Assembly: GCF_006345805.1 (NCBI RefSeq)
Contig: NW_021835102.1
Span: forward strand, 1-42,395
From: Octopus sinensis
Lineage: Eukaryota
Direction of reading: 5' to 3'
DNA length: 42,395 bases
This document shows, one piece after another, positions 22,517 to 34,782 of this stretch (position 1 is the first letter of the stretch; every line of letters begins with the position of its first letter). The position numbers were made by a program, and so were the translations under genes. A model generated the notes under the pieces. The model saw only the letters and a program-made list of their open reading frames with translations. It was not told the DNA's origin and did no database searches.

Positions 22517-22745
22517 ATGCATAAGTGTATATAACCATAGGTAATTATACACTGAGAGGAAAACCAGTAAGTGGTTTCCTTGCTAGCTGAAAGAAAGTGT
22601 CAGATCTTCACACCACGAAAATACATTCTCATGGGCCTATGGTTATACACACTTATGTATAAAAATAACTTACACTCAACGGACAATTATTACGCATGCT
22701 GGCCACTGGTATTGATTATTTTTAATATTTTTTACCCTTGGTATA
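22517..22745 (+). mobile_element. Short fold-back element with a possible HHR remnant
   Basis: 25-bp inverted arms at 22517-22541 and 22636-22660 (2 mismatches); CTGAGA followed by hairpin GGAAAACCA gtaag TGGTTTCC. Confidence 0.45.
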
Positions 22746-22999
22746 TATATATATATATATACACACAGACACACACGCAAACACATTCATATATATATAC
22801 ATATATATATACATATATATATACATATATATATATATATAAATATATGTATATATATATATATATAATATATATATATATATGCATATATATATATATA
22901 TATACAATATATTTATATATATATATGTATATATATATGTATATATATATGTATTATATATAATATATATATAGATATATCAAATATATGTATATATTA

Positions 23000-23043
<44 letters not shown>

Positions 23044-23069
23044 ATATATATATATATCTATGCATATAT

Positions 23070-23365
23070 ATTTAATGTAGGATAAAATTTTGTCGAAAAA
23101 ATTTTAATCAATGGCCCGCATATTAAAAAATACCTTTAACGGTTAAAATTATAAACACCTTATAAATAAGGGCAAACGAAAAAATTTCTAATGCCAAATA
23201 TGCTGAAAGTTGGACATAATTGTCCATTAACCATATAATTTTTCACAATACACACGCTACTCGAAAAAAAGCCGACAGAAATTTCTAAAAAATTCCATTA
23301 TTACCATATCGAACCGATTTCAGGGTTAGTTCGTAAGAACCCTCCCTCGTCAGTGATAAATAGCC
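23070..23365 (-). mobile_element. PLE pseudo-LTR-like element: HHR plus AT-rich tail into (TA)n
   Basis: HHR at 23301-23359; bounded by (TA)n and (GATA)n arrays. Confidence 0.6.
23301..23359 (-). ncRNA. Type I hammerhead ribozyme
   Basis: TTATCA-CTGACGA-GGG-AGGGTT cttacgaact AACCCT-GAAA-TCGGTTCGA-TA|TGGTAA. Stem I 6 bp, stem II 6 bp, stem III ATCG/CGAT; 3-nt insert after A9. Confidence 0.75.
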
Positions 23366-23461
<96 letters not shown>

Positions 23462-23530
23462 ACAGACAGGCAGACAGACAGACAGACAGACATACAGACA
23501 GTCAGACGGACAGACAGACAAACAAATAGA
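23366..23530. repeat. (GATA)n/(GA)n/(GACA)n compound microsatellite
   Basis: Direct reading. Confidence 0.95.
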
Positions 23531-24361
23531 TAGATAAGTGTACTTTTATGTGTATATATGTTTATACATGTATAGAGTGAGAACGATAAATGAGTGTTGT
23601 ACAGATATATGAGTAAACTTAAATGTACATACGTACACGTATATATGTGTACGTGTTGTGCTACGCTTATATATATATGTATATATGTATGTATAAATAC
23701 ATGTACGCAATGTATGTATGTATCTATGAATGAATGTATGTATGGATGCATATATGTATGTATGAATAGATGGGTGAATGGATGGATAAATGGATGAATG
23801 GACGAATGGACGGGGATGGATATATTGCGCAGAAGTTCACCGTGGTTTGTTGTTGTTACTGCTGCTGCTGTTGTTGTTGTTGTTGTTGTTACTGTCGCTG
23901 TTCCCACATACCTAAGAGATCTGGCAGCAAGACCCCGCCTTTTTTTTTCCACCCACGTATCCCTAGACATCGCCTGTGGTCTTTCATTTCCCCACCAATG
24001 CCCATGGCACGGTAGAGAAGTAAAAAAGAAAAAGAAAGGTGTTTATACACGAAATGGTTCCTGTTTATTTCAATATACGTTTACACAGACACACTACATT
24101 TCTGCCAACGCACGTTTGACCATATGTCTGTCTGTCTGTCCCGCTCTGTGTCTCTCCACCTCTCTTTCTACTTCTCCTCAGATACGCACACACATACATA
24201 TGAACACATGCACACGCTCACATACATTTGTATATATATGTATATGTATGTATCTATGTATGTATATATATATACAGATGTATATATATATATACGCATG
24301 TATATCGTATATATATATATATCTATAAATATATATATAATATATATATATATATTATACG

Positions 24362-24437
<76 letters not shown>

Positions 24438-24559
24438 GTATGTATATTCCCTTCTACTACGTACTAACATCAACATAGCTGTCCTTCTGATTAGACTGTG
24501 TGTATCTGTTTACTGTGATTGTTGTTGTTGTGTTGTTCTTGTTGCTGTTGTTTGCGGGA

Positions 24560-25255
24560 CTAAATATGCTGTCGTATTTAGAAAGAACCCTCTACCTTCT
24601 GAGCTCAAATCGCAACGAAGTCGATATTTGGCGTTCCCCTTTCCAAAGGTCGTTAAAATAAATACCAGTCATACACCAGGGTTGATTTTAAATAAACAAA
24701 CGCACTGTTTCCATTTCTGGTCTTTCGCCTGGAAACAATAGACAGCCAAACAAAGCTCATTGTTATATTTAATTCATGTCCGTAGCGTTAGGAGATCAAA
24801 TAACGCCAACGAGTTTAAATACTGCTTTTATTATTTTGGGATTCGAAAAAACGGGTGCGTTGGCAGAATCGCTAGCACACCGGGCAAAAAGCTTAGCGAT
24901 ATTTCGTCTACACGTTCTGAGTTCAAATTGTACTGAGGTCGACTTTGCCTTTCATCCTTTCGGGATCGATAAAAAAAGCACCAGTTGAGTACTAGAGTCA
25001 ATGTAATCGACTATTTCCCTTACCACAAATTTCAGGCTTTTTGCCTATAGTAGAAAGAATTGTTTGGGGAGTCGAAGAAGCTGGTGAGCTCGCAGCATTG
25101 TGTCCATTCTGAGTTCAAACTATGCTGAGGTCGGCTTTGCCTTTCATCATTTCAGAAACGATAAAATAAGTACCAGTTAAGCACTGGGATCGATGCAATC
25201 GACTGACCCCAGTCCTTTAAAATTTCAGGTCTTGTTCCTATAACAGAAAACGAAG
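24560..25255 (+). mobile_element. Cluster of three SINE family A copies (~24560-24710 decayed, 24853-25062, 25078-25255)
   Basis: Repeated GAGTTCAAA...GGTCGACTTTGCCTTTCATC...GATAAAA...ACCAGTT cores. Confidence 0.8.
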
Positions 25256-25499
25256 ATTTTGGGACCCGATAAAATATAGTATGTCTGATTCGATCTAGAG
25301 TTTATGTATTAGAATCATTGTGTTGTCTGTGGCTTTTAAAATTGATCTCTTGTATTAGTGTTCACGAATTTGGTTCCTGTCACGCAACCATTCAGTACCT
25401 CAGAACCACGTGTTAAAACCGGCATTAGAAATGTGTTGATGGCTTAGATAGTGTTGTTGTGGACATGAGTCTTAATTTTTTACTCTTTCAACTTACATT

Positions 25500-26640
25500 G
25501 TTACTCTCAGACACCTTGTACTCAAACACACATAAAGAGTTTTACGGAGCTCTGTCTATCCCCACTCACAATCAACTCTAACGCCCCAAGTGGAGTTTTG
25601 ATCCCTACTCTCTTCCTTCTTTGCATCAATGATATATTTAATGTTAGGATCCAACACAAGCAACAACGCTCATTCTTATGCTGGGTTTCCCAGTCTTTCT
25701 CCAATCGGCACTATCCACATGGAACCTTAAACTTCACTCGCCAGAGCTGCATTGATTTCATAAACAGAGGCTTTGACAGCATCCTTCAAATGGAATCATA
25801 CTAAGCTTGTCTCTTTTAACCGCAGATATCTCGAGCACTTCTCGTATTAAGAAACCATGACACTATACATGAGCAGTACTCAGTTAGAGTTCTTACAGTC
25901 GCTCAAAATGCTGGGCTTCACTATCACCGAGGATCTCTCCTACTAAAAGCCCATCCTTAGCACAGCTAGAACAGCATGAAAATATTTCAGCTCCCAACAG
26001 CTGCTGACACGCTGCAAGGTTGAAGGACACCCACAATGAAGTGCTGCTCCCATATTTGGGACGATGCTGCTGTTACACACCAGATATCCCCGATTGCATC
26101 ATTCAAAGAAAAGCCAGTCAATCACTAGAGGAGAAGCTCTGTTTTATGAGCTGCAGGCCTGCTCTCTCATTCCTCTCTCTTTTCTTTTCTACTCTCGGCA
26201 CAAGGACCGAAACTTTTGGCGAGGAGGCCAGTCGATTAGATCGAGCCCAGTATGCAAATGGTACTTAACTTATCGACCCCAAAAGGATAAAAGGTGAAGT
26301 CGACCTCGGCGGAATTTTAACTCAGAACATGAAGACAGACGAAATACTACGAAGTATTTCGTCCGGCGTGCAAACGTTTCTGCCAGCTCGCCGCTTTTTC
26401 CCCCCTCTCTTTTCTATCGCTACTTTAATGCCCTCTATTCTATCAGCTACCGTACCTCAACCACCCAGACATCCTCAAGCCACACGATGTTTCTCCTCTG
26501 AACATATCCCTCTTGAATGTTTCCCCCGCCAAAGTCTTTTTTCTGGTGTTGACCTGTAACAATCATACTCACCCGCCTTGGAGGGTCTGCAAATGTGATG
26601 GGCCATGCTCCTTACTCCAGACTCAACTGTAAAAACAAAA
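25500..26640 (+). mobile_element. Decayed non-LTR retrotransposon RT to 3' end (CR1/L2/Jockey-like group, clade undetermined), split by a SINE
   Basis: PTLFLLCINDIF; LKMLGFTITEDLS; KYFSSQQLLT; CCSHIWDDAAVTH; continues after 26395 (TTCTATCGCTAC = FYRY) to an A-rich end at ~26640. Confidence 0.7.
26184..26394 (-). mobile_element. SINE family A, full length
   Basis: Reverse complement of head GCGGCGAGCTGGCAGAAACG through tail CCTTGTGCCGAGAGTAGAAAAG. Confidence 0.88.
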
Positions 26641-26775
26641 TTTATTCTTAAATATATGTAGTGTGGGACAGACCGGCTCCCGTATTATTTCTTCCCCTCC
26701 TCGGTTCAGAAACTATCTGCTTCACTATATGACTCGCCTTAATGTCAAAGAACAATCTTTTCTAAACTGTTTGAG

Positions 26776-26982
26776 AACGCTGAGGCAACTCATAAGCCGT
26801 GGACCATACGGGTAAAGAATTTTAGGTCATTTTTTGAAAGGGAGATGGTCGATGAACCTGGTTCTCACACTCCCTATGTAGCATTGCAAATCGGGAACTA
26901 TATGAAGAAAGTAGGAGCCAGATTCACACATTTTATTCGTCAAATCAAAGTTACTGAGTGCAACATAAGATATAGTCCAGAA
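26776..26982 (+). CDS. Candidate phase-0 coding exon, product unknown
   Basis: 207-bp stop-free frame (NAEATHKPWTIRVKNF...CNIRYSPE) between CTTTTCTAAACTGTTTGAG and GAA|GTAATT; no homology recognised. Confidence 0.22.
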
Positions 26983-27315
26983 GTAATTTCCTTTGAATAA
27001 ATCCAATAAATATATCTAAGAGGTTAGAGCTTACAGTCCTGTAAGTGAGAACTTTATAACACATTTTCATGAAGTTTTTAATGAAGTTTTCTATAATGCA
27101 TTGGTTGGAGGACTGTAAGAATTGAAAAGGAATCAGACGAATAGATTTTATTAATAAAATTAGATTGTTTATAATTTATAAAACTTGTCGAATACCATGG
27201 TAAAGAAAAATATTTAAATATTTATAAGAATACAGACTCTAATTTGTGACTTATAGACAAGGAGGGAAGCAAAAATTATTACTAACACATATATGTTTAT
27301 GTATGTATATATATA

Positions 27316-28204
27316 TTAGGGCTGTCAGATAAATGTGGCATTTCTTGACCAAAAATTATTTGAACTATCTTTGTGTTTTATGATATTTTTTGGTAACACT
27401 ATTTTTCTTTTACATCTTTTGTTTACCTCTTTTTAGATTTATGATGATGGAGAACCAAATAAAAAGAAAATGAGCATTTTCGATGTCTGGTTCTCTTCAC
27501 TTTCAGTCAGGGTTCCAAAGCTGTCAAAGCCTCTCGAGATATTTCGTGCAGTGTACGAAGAAGTGGTTGTTACTGAGAGAATTGCACAGAAATGGTTTTC
27601 ACACTCCAAGGATGGGAGAGGAAATTCGACATCACAGATTCTCTGTGTTCCCGCAGATCTGATCAATTCTATGAGGGTCGATTGGACAAACTCAACCATG
27701 AAGATCTGCGCCAGTCTACTAGGGAATTGGCCCAGCAAGTGAGATGCGGTCACAACACCGTCGCGCGTTAGGTAAAGTCACTCGATAAGTAAAGTCCTAA
27801 TGACCCGAACGGCAACACAGAGTGCCTCTTCAATACCAGAACACTCGCTCCCACATCGATATTTTCACAAAAAAATACCATTTAGTTGCTTGGTTGGAAG
27901 TTCTACCGTACCCACTGTATTTTCTTGGTAGAATATCTTCAGATAATTATCTTTTTCGGTCGCTCTCCAGCATTCTGTAAGACGTTTCATTCAACAGAGA
28001 CATTGGGAAACTAGTTGACTGTTCGGAAGAAGTTGAACAATGTGGAGAATATACTATTGGCTGATCTTCTTTTATTTTTTTTTTTCTTTTACTTGTTTCA
28101 GCCATTTGATAGTGACCATGCATCACATTTGTTAAAATTGTTGATAAAAAATAAGGATTAAAATAAACGGAAAATTAAAACGAACGAATTTATCTAATCC
28201 ACTG
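27316..28204 (+). mobile_element. Mariner (DD34D-type) relic, internally deleted
   Basis: Decayed KENEHF...QGSKAVKASRDI, STRELAQ and LGWEVLPYP...SDNYLFRSL; weak TIR match CAGATAAAT / ATTTATCTA; SINE-B tail stub at ~28080-28125. Confidence 0.75.
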
Positions 28205-28723
28205 GATTTATCATAGAAATTCTTTTGAATTGGGAAAAAAAGACTGGTTTAACAGAATGCTTAGCAGTACACTAGTTTCAAGACATAACGGCTGCAATTA
28301 TCAAACTGACAAATACATGTATGTATGCATGTATGCATGTAAGAATGCACGCATGCATGTACGAATGTATGTATGAATGGATGGATGGATCAGTGGGTGT
28401 ATCAATGTATATATGCAAACATATATACGTATGCATTATGCGCATATATATATATGCGTGTGTAAGCATATATGTATGTATGGGTGAGCCTTATATGTAT
28501 ACAAGGTGGGCCAAAAGACACGCAGCAAAAACATTTGACTTTTTATTATATTACTATTATTATTATTAATTTTGTTCGTGGTGAACAAGTACGCGTGTTT
28601 TCACAATTTTATTTCTTTTATTCAATTTTAAAACAAATTGCTTAGGAAATGTGCAACATATTAAATGAGCTTTTAAGATTGGTTCGTGACTTTTGGCCTA
28701 GCCTGAATATGTGTGTGTGTGTG

Positions 28724-28787
<64 letters not shown>

Positions 28788-28813
28788 TATGTACACACAC
28801 TCACATACACGTA

Positions 28814-28889
<76 letters not shown>

Positions 28890-28892
28890 GAT

Positions 28893-28939
<47 letters not shown>

Positions 28940-28955
28940 CTATATATATATATAT

Positions 28956-29265
28956 TACGGAGATGTACTTGCATAGTAAGTGACCCGATCAGAGATCGTG
29001 TGCTGAAACAAAAACAATTGCAGCGTGAGAGGTGTTTTATAAGCCATTTAAAAACACGCAAAAACCGTTAGATTCACTTCAGCATTTAAATTTGATTTGC
29101 CAAAATAATTTCGTCGCATTAAGATCGCGACCTGATCAAGGTTTTGTCAGTGATCAGGCTGCGGTCTCAAAGGAACGAAAATATTTTGGCAAATTAAATT
29201 TATATGTTGAAGTGAATCTAAAGGTTTTGTGTGTTTTTAAATGGCTTATAAACACCTTCAACGTA
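28956..29265. mobile_element. Long palindromic (fold-back) element between TA arrays
   Basis: About 108-bp arms at 29030-29138 and 29151-29258 around a 12-nt spacer, plus an unpaired ~75-bp 5' segment. Confidence 0.75.
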
Positions 29266-29278
29266 TATAGGTATATAT

Positions 29279-30345
29279 GATTTTGATTTTGATTTTGATT
29301 TTTCCAGTTTCAGCTAATGAGCTGTGGCCATGCTGGGGCACCGCCATTTGGTTTGCTACACGGTTTTACCTCACGGATGCTTTTTAGCAAACGCCATCTG
29401 ATGCATGAGAGAGTTCGATGCAGCTGCCCTCATCTGCACCTCCTGCCGTGAAGTTGGTTCATCCGGGACACCTGACAAGAAGAGATCCAGTTTTCATTTT
29501 AAAGACATCTGCATCCACCCCATGCAGGTCTCTTAGGTTCTTCGGAGGATATTGAAGAGCGTGGGCCTCTGAAGCCCAGGCTATCACAATATCTTGTCCT
29601 ACATCTTGATGGCAAATTGGAGTCCTTGGTACTACGCAGTGGCGTCCGGTTCTGGCATTTGGTGACTCTCGATGCCAAAGTCTGGACAAGACCTTCCAGG
29701 ATCTTCCAGATATATATTATGGCATATTTTTCGCCTACCTCCAGGGAATAGAGCTTTAATCTCCTGAGTCTCTCCAGTAGCTCATATGCTGCACAGAGGC
29801 TATCTTCTTCTTCGGGTAGCTTCGTTGGATCGCCTCAAGTTCTGTGATCAACTTGACACTGGATGTGGACCATAGCTGAGAGCAATAGTCAAAGTGGCTT
29901 AGGACAAGTGTCTTCCAGAGGACCATCATGGTTTCTTGTTCTCTTGTTCTAAAGGTTCTAAGAATCCATCCAGCCACCGTCTACATTTCATTGTCAGTTT
30001 AGCAACATGTACATGAAAGGTCCGTCATCACTCATGTGAATACCCAGGTCACGCACTGATTGTGCCTCTGGGATTGCAATCCCTCCAGGTCCAGTGTATT
30101 CATTGGGTATTGCATTCAGTTTGCATGCTGATAGTATAAGCTTGAAACTTTTCAGCATGAACTGCATGTTATTCTTTTCAGCCCACTTGTATATTTCGTC
30201 CAGCTCACATTGCAGGTGCTTAGTGTCTTCAGGGTTCTGTATTCCTGTGAAACTTTTGTATCATCTGCATAACTTGTGATCGTGGCTCTCTGCGTGGCTG
30301 AGGGCATGTCTGAGAGGGCCATTATGAATAGTAGTGGTCCCAAAA
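29279..30345 (-). mobile_element. CR1/L2-group LINE, 5'-truncated, with (AAAATC)n tail
   Basis: [13 protein letters not shown]...SYADDTK; GWILRTFRTREQETMMVLWKTLVLSHFDYCSQLWS...LEAIQRS; 3' end GCCCCAGCATGGCCACAGCTC...CTGAAAC. Confidence 0.92.
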
Positions 30346-30346
30346 C

Positions 30347-30395
<49 letters not shown>

Positions 30396-30453
30396 TTTTT
30401 GGGACCACTACTATGTCTGAGAGGGCCATAGAATAGTAGTGGTCCCCAGAAAC

Positions 30454-30467
30454 ATATATATATTATG

Positions 30468-30498
<31 letters not shown>

Positions 30499-30572
30499 TA
30501 TATATAGATATATATATATATATATTATATAATATATATAATGTATATAATATATATGCATATATATATATG

Positions 30573-30652
<80 letters not shown>

Positions 30653-31009
30653 GTATATATATATATATAATAAAATATATTATAGATATATATACATATA
30701 TATATATAATATATTATATATATACATATAATATATATCATATATATATATATTAGCATATATAGAATATAATTATATATATATATAACATATATAATAT
30801 ATAATATTACATATATATAGATATATACATATATAATATATACATATATATATACATATATATTATACTACTATATATATTACATAGATATATAAATATA
30901 TACATGTATATCTATAATATATACATATATATATATTATATATACATATATATCTTATATATACATATATATATACATATATATATATATATGTGTGTGT
31001 ATATATATG

Positions 31010-31042
<33 letters not shown>

Positions 31043-31055
31043 GTATATATATATG

Positions 31056-31087
<32 letters not shown>

Positions 31088-31301
31088 GTATATATATATA
31101 TATATATAATATTATATATATATATATATTAATATATGTTATATATATATATATATATATATATAATGTATAGATATATATATATATGTATATATATATA
31201 TATGTGTATATATATATATATGTATATTTACATATATATATGTATATATATATAATATGTATATATATATATATGTAATATTATATATATATATGTATAT
31301 G

Positions 31302-31340
<39 letters not shown>

Positions 31341-31460
31341 CCCATATATACATATATATATATTATATATATATACATATATATATATGATATATATATA
31401 CACATATATATATATATATATACATATATATATTATATACATATATATAATATACTATTA

Positions 31461-31517
<57 letters not shown>

Positions 31518-31558
31518 CTATACATATATATATATATATATATAGATATATATATATA

Positions 31559-31589
<31 letters not shown>

Positions 31590-31786
31590 TCTATATATAT
31601 ATATACATATATATATATTATACATATATATATATATACATATATATATATACATATATATATATATACATATATATATAATATATATATAATACTACAC
31701 AAATATATATATATAATATATATATCTATAACCATATATACATATAGTTATAATACATATCTATATATATACATATATATATATAC

Positions 31787-31821
<35 letters not shown>

Positions 31822-31889
31822 CTATATACTATATATACATATATAATATATATATATATATATATCCATATATATATACATATATATAA
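30454..31889. repeat. About 1.4-kb degenerate (TA)n array
   Basis: Direct reading; source of all I/Y ORFs at 30463-31958. Confidence 0.97.
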
Positions 31890-31890
31890 T

Positions 31891-32013
31891 TTTTTGATTT
31901 TGATTTTGATTTTTCCAGTTTCAGCTAATGAGCTGTGGCCATGCTGGGGCACCGCCATTTGGTTTGCTACACGATTTTACCTCACGGATGCTTTTTAGCA
32001 AACGCCATCTGAT
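31891..32013 (-). repeat. Near-identical duplicate of the LINE 3' end at 29281-29403
   Basis: 123 bp with one substitution seen (CACGG vs CACGA). Confidence 0.9.
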
Positions 32014-32259
32014 ATATATATAACACTCTTTATCTTTTATTAAACTTTTAATACTTTTGATATATAAAAAAAATAAAATAAAAATAAATATAAATAAATA
32101 AATTAATTAATTAATTAATTAATTAATTAATAAAATAATATATAAATATAAAAATATACATACATACATATATATATATTTGTTTATATATATAAAATTT
32201 ATAAGTTTAAATTATTTAAATAATTTTTTATTTTTAACTTTTATATTTCAAATTAATTT

Positions 32260-32405
32260 TATGTATTGGCTTATGTTTTTCACTGTTTGATTTGCCTAAT
32301 AGTGGTTTTATCTCTAATTTAATATAATATAATATATTTATACTATAAAATTGGATTTAATCCTAAATCTCATTTTTCCCTGTAAGTTTGGATTTATTCC
32401 CTAAT
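32260..32405 (+). mobile_element. 3' tail copy of the 20156-20490 family
   Basis: TAATAGTGGTTT...CTCTAAT...TTTTTCCCTGTAAGTTTGGA...CCCTA-(ATT). Confidence 0.7.
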
Positions 32406-32439
32406 ATTATTATTATATATATATATATATATATATATA

Positions 32440-33653
32440 AAGGGTGCAGACAGTATTTGAGAATATGCATTTTTGGTCGTTATTTTATTTGACTAGTTTT
32501 TATTGAATAACAATGACAAGACCTATGGTTACTAATGAAATGAAAAGGTATGCTGTGATTGTGGCTTTGAAGGCTAAGTCTGGTGATTTAGAAATACCTC
32601 ATTTTCTGAAAGTTGTAAGATCTTTTGTCCACAAGATTCAGTGTGAGTTAGAGAAAGAAGATAGAAGCGTATTACCTGTATCAAAACGTAAAAAACATTA
32701 CAAACGCTCTGATTCTATCGGGTCACCTGAATTTATTCAGGAAGTTAAGCAAAACACTGAAGACAATTCATGAAAATCAATGGAGTCAATTGCAAAAAAT
32801 TTCGTGTATCAGAAATGTTGTGGCATGAAGACATCAGATACAAATCTCACGAGGGGAGGAGAGGTCAATTCATGTCAGGAAAAACAAAAGAAAACCGTTT
32901 AATCAGATCCAAAAGACTTTCGAACAAACTTTAAAATCCATCGAAGATGATATGATTTGACTTTTCTCAGATGAGAAAAACTCTGACCAGGACCAGAAGA
33001 CTAACAGAAGAAATGACAGATGGCTAAGTGCAGAACTTTCTGAGATTCCAAGTGTAATGCACACAAAATTTCCTGCAAGTGTCATGGTTTTGGGTGCTGT
33101 TAGCAATGAAGGACATGTGATGCCACCTCACTTTTTCCCGCAAGGCCTTAGGGTGAATGCTGCTGCGTATATTGAGGTTCTGGATAAAGTTGTAAGGCCT
33201 TGGATCAACAGTGTATGCAATGGGAAGTCATGTCTTTCAACAAGATTCTGCAATATCACACAAGCCTCAAATGACACAAGGATGGATGGCCGACAACTCG
33301 CATGATCACATCACCCGCAACAGTTAGCCTCTTAATTTTCCAGATCTCAATCCACCGGACTAATATGTCTGGAGCATCGTTGGGGAAAATGTAAATGAAC
33401 ACCCACCAAAACATCAAAGATTCTTTGAAAGCCGCCATTGTCTGATATAAACAAGGACCACTTAATCCGAGCTTGTACACGATTTCGACCCTGCATAGTG
33501 ACAGTTATTGACGCTCATAGTGGTTTTATTGAATGAAATTATTAAATTGATAATTCATTTTTATGTTTATGTCATTTTTATAAAGTTTTTTTCTTTTATT
33601 ATATAAGCGTTTTTTAAACCATAAATCTGTCCTCAAATACCGTCCGCACACTA
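32440..33653 (+). mobile_element. Tc1/mariner DD37D (maT-type) transposon, near full length, pseudogenised
   Basis: TIRs AGGGTGCAGACAGTATTTGAG / CTCAAATACCGTCCGCACACT with TA flanks; FSDEK, HTKFPASVMVLG and FQQD (33244) to PDLNPPD (33358), with exactly 37 codons between the last two Asp; stops and frameshifts. Confidence 0.9.
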
Positions 33654-33656
33654 TAA

Positions 33657-33740
<84 letters not shown>

Positions 33741-33925
33741 TATATATAATATATATATATATACATATTTGTCTATACATCTAAAAACTTGGTGAACAAC
33801 AGCTGAATGAGAGCTCGTTGTCAGGGTAATCCTAGATTTGTGGGGTTTCTTGACTGGCCCTAGTTGGAAGTTCTTGTGTATCAGAAGGACTCTTTCATTC
33901 ATGTGGCCACATATTTTGTATACGC

Positions 33926-34353
33926 TTTTACTCTTTTACTCTTTTACTTGTTTCAGTCATTTGACTGTGGCCATGCTGGAGCACCGCCTTTAGTCGAGCT
34001 AATCGACCCCGGGACTTATTCTTTTCAAGCCTGGTACTTATTCTATCGGTCTCTTTTGCCGAACCGCTAAGTTACGTGGACGTAAACACACCAGCATAGG
34101 TTGTCAAGCGATGTTGGGGTGACAATCTCAGACACAAACATATACACACACACAGATACATATATATATATATATATATACACATATATACGCCGGGCTT
34201 CTTTCAGTTTCCGTCTACTAAATCCACTCACATGGCTTTGGTCGGCCTGAGGGTATAGCAGAAGACACTTGCCCAAGGTGCCACGCAGTAGGACTGAACC
34301 CGGAGCCATGTGGTTGGTAAGCAAGCTACTTACCACACAGCCACTCCCACGTC
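33926..34353 (-). mobile_element. SINE family B, full length, well preserved
   Basis: tRNA-like head (GTGGCTGTGTGGTAAG, GGTTCAGTCC), CCTTGGGCAAGTGTCTT CORE-like segment, internal (TA/TG)n, tail CAGCATGGCCACAGTCAAATGACTGAAAC-(AAAAGAGT)n. Confidence 0.93.
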
Positions 34354-34593
34354 TATACTATATGTACTTTTATATCTTTTCCGCCCTTCTTTTCACTGCC
34401 CACCACTTCATCTTTTATGTAAACACCCACACAAATTGTAGGCTGTCCGATGTGATGTCCCCTTATTTATGACGCTTTGCCAAATAAAAGAAAGCATTTT
34501 TGTTTTTGCTGTGTATACGTCTCTCCTTTGTTTTATTGTATTCTGTGTATACTTTCAATTTCTTTTTATCATTTCAGTGTATGTAGCCCCAGT

Positions 34594-34782
34594 GAAGGCG
34601 CGTAGCTTAGTGTTTAGGGTATTCGGTTCACCATCGTAAGGTCGTGAGTTCAATTCCCAAAAACATATTGTGTCCTTGAGCAAGGCACTTTATTTCTCAT
34701 TGTTATACTCAGCTGGCAAAAAAGAATTGCACTTATAACTCAAAGGGCCAGCCTTGTCACTTTCTGTGTCTGCTGAATCTCC
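34594..34782 (+). mobile_element. tRNA-SINE family D, 3'-truncated
   Basis: A-box TAGCTTAGTGT, B-box GAGTTCAATTCC, then TTGTGTCCTTGAGCAAGGCACTT. Confidence 0.75.

Noticed and set aside
23905-23970. Minus-strand first-exon candidate MSRDTWVEKKRRGLAARSLR|GTATGT
   Set aside because: Only a donor and an ATG; no downstream exon or homology.
27030-27119. 11-bp inverted repeat CTTACAGTCCT / AGGACTGTAAG
   Set aside because: Too short, with no TSD or second copy.
32757-32776. CTGAAGA...GAAA in the maT element; CTGATGA at ~15868
   Set aside because: They lie inside transposase or RT coding remnants with no supporting stems.
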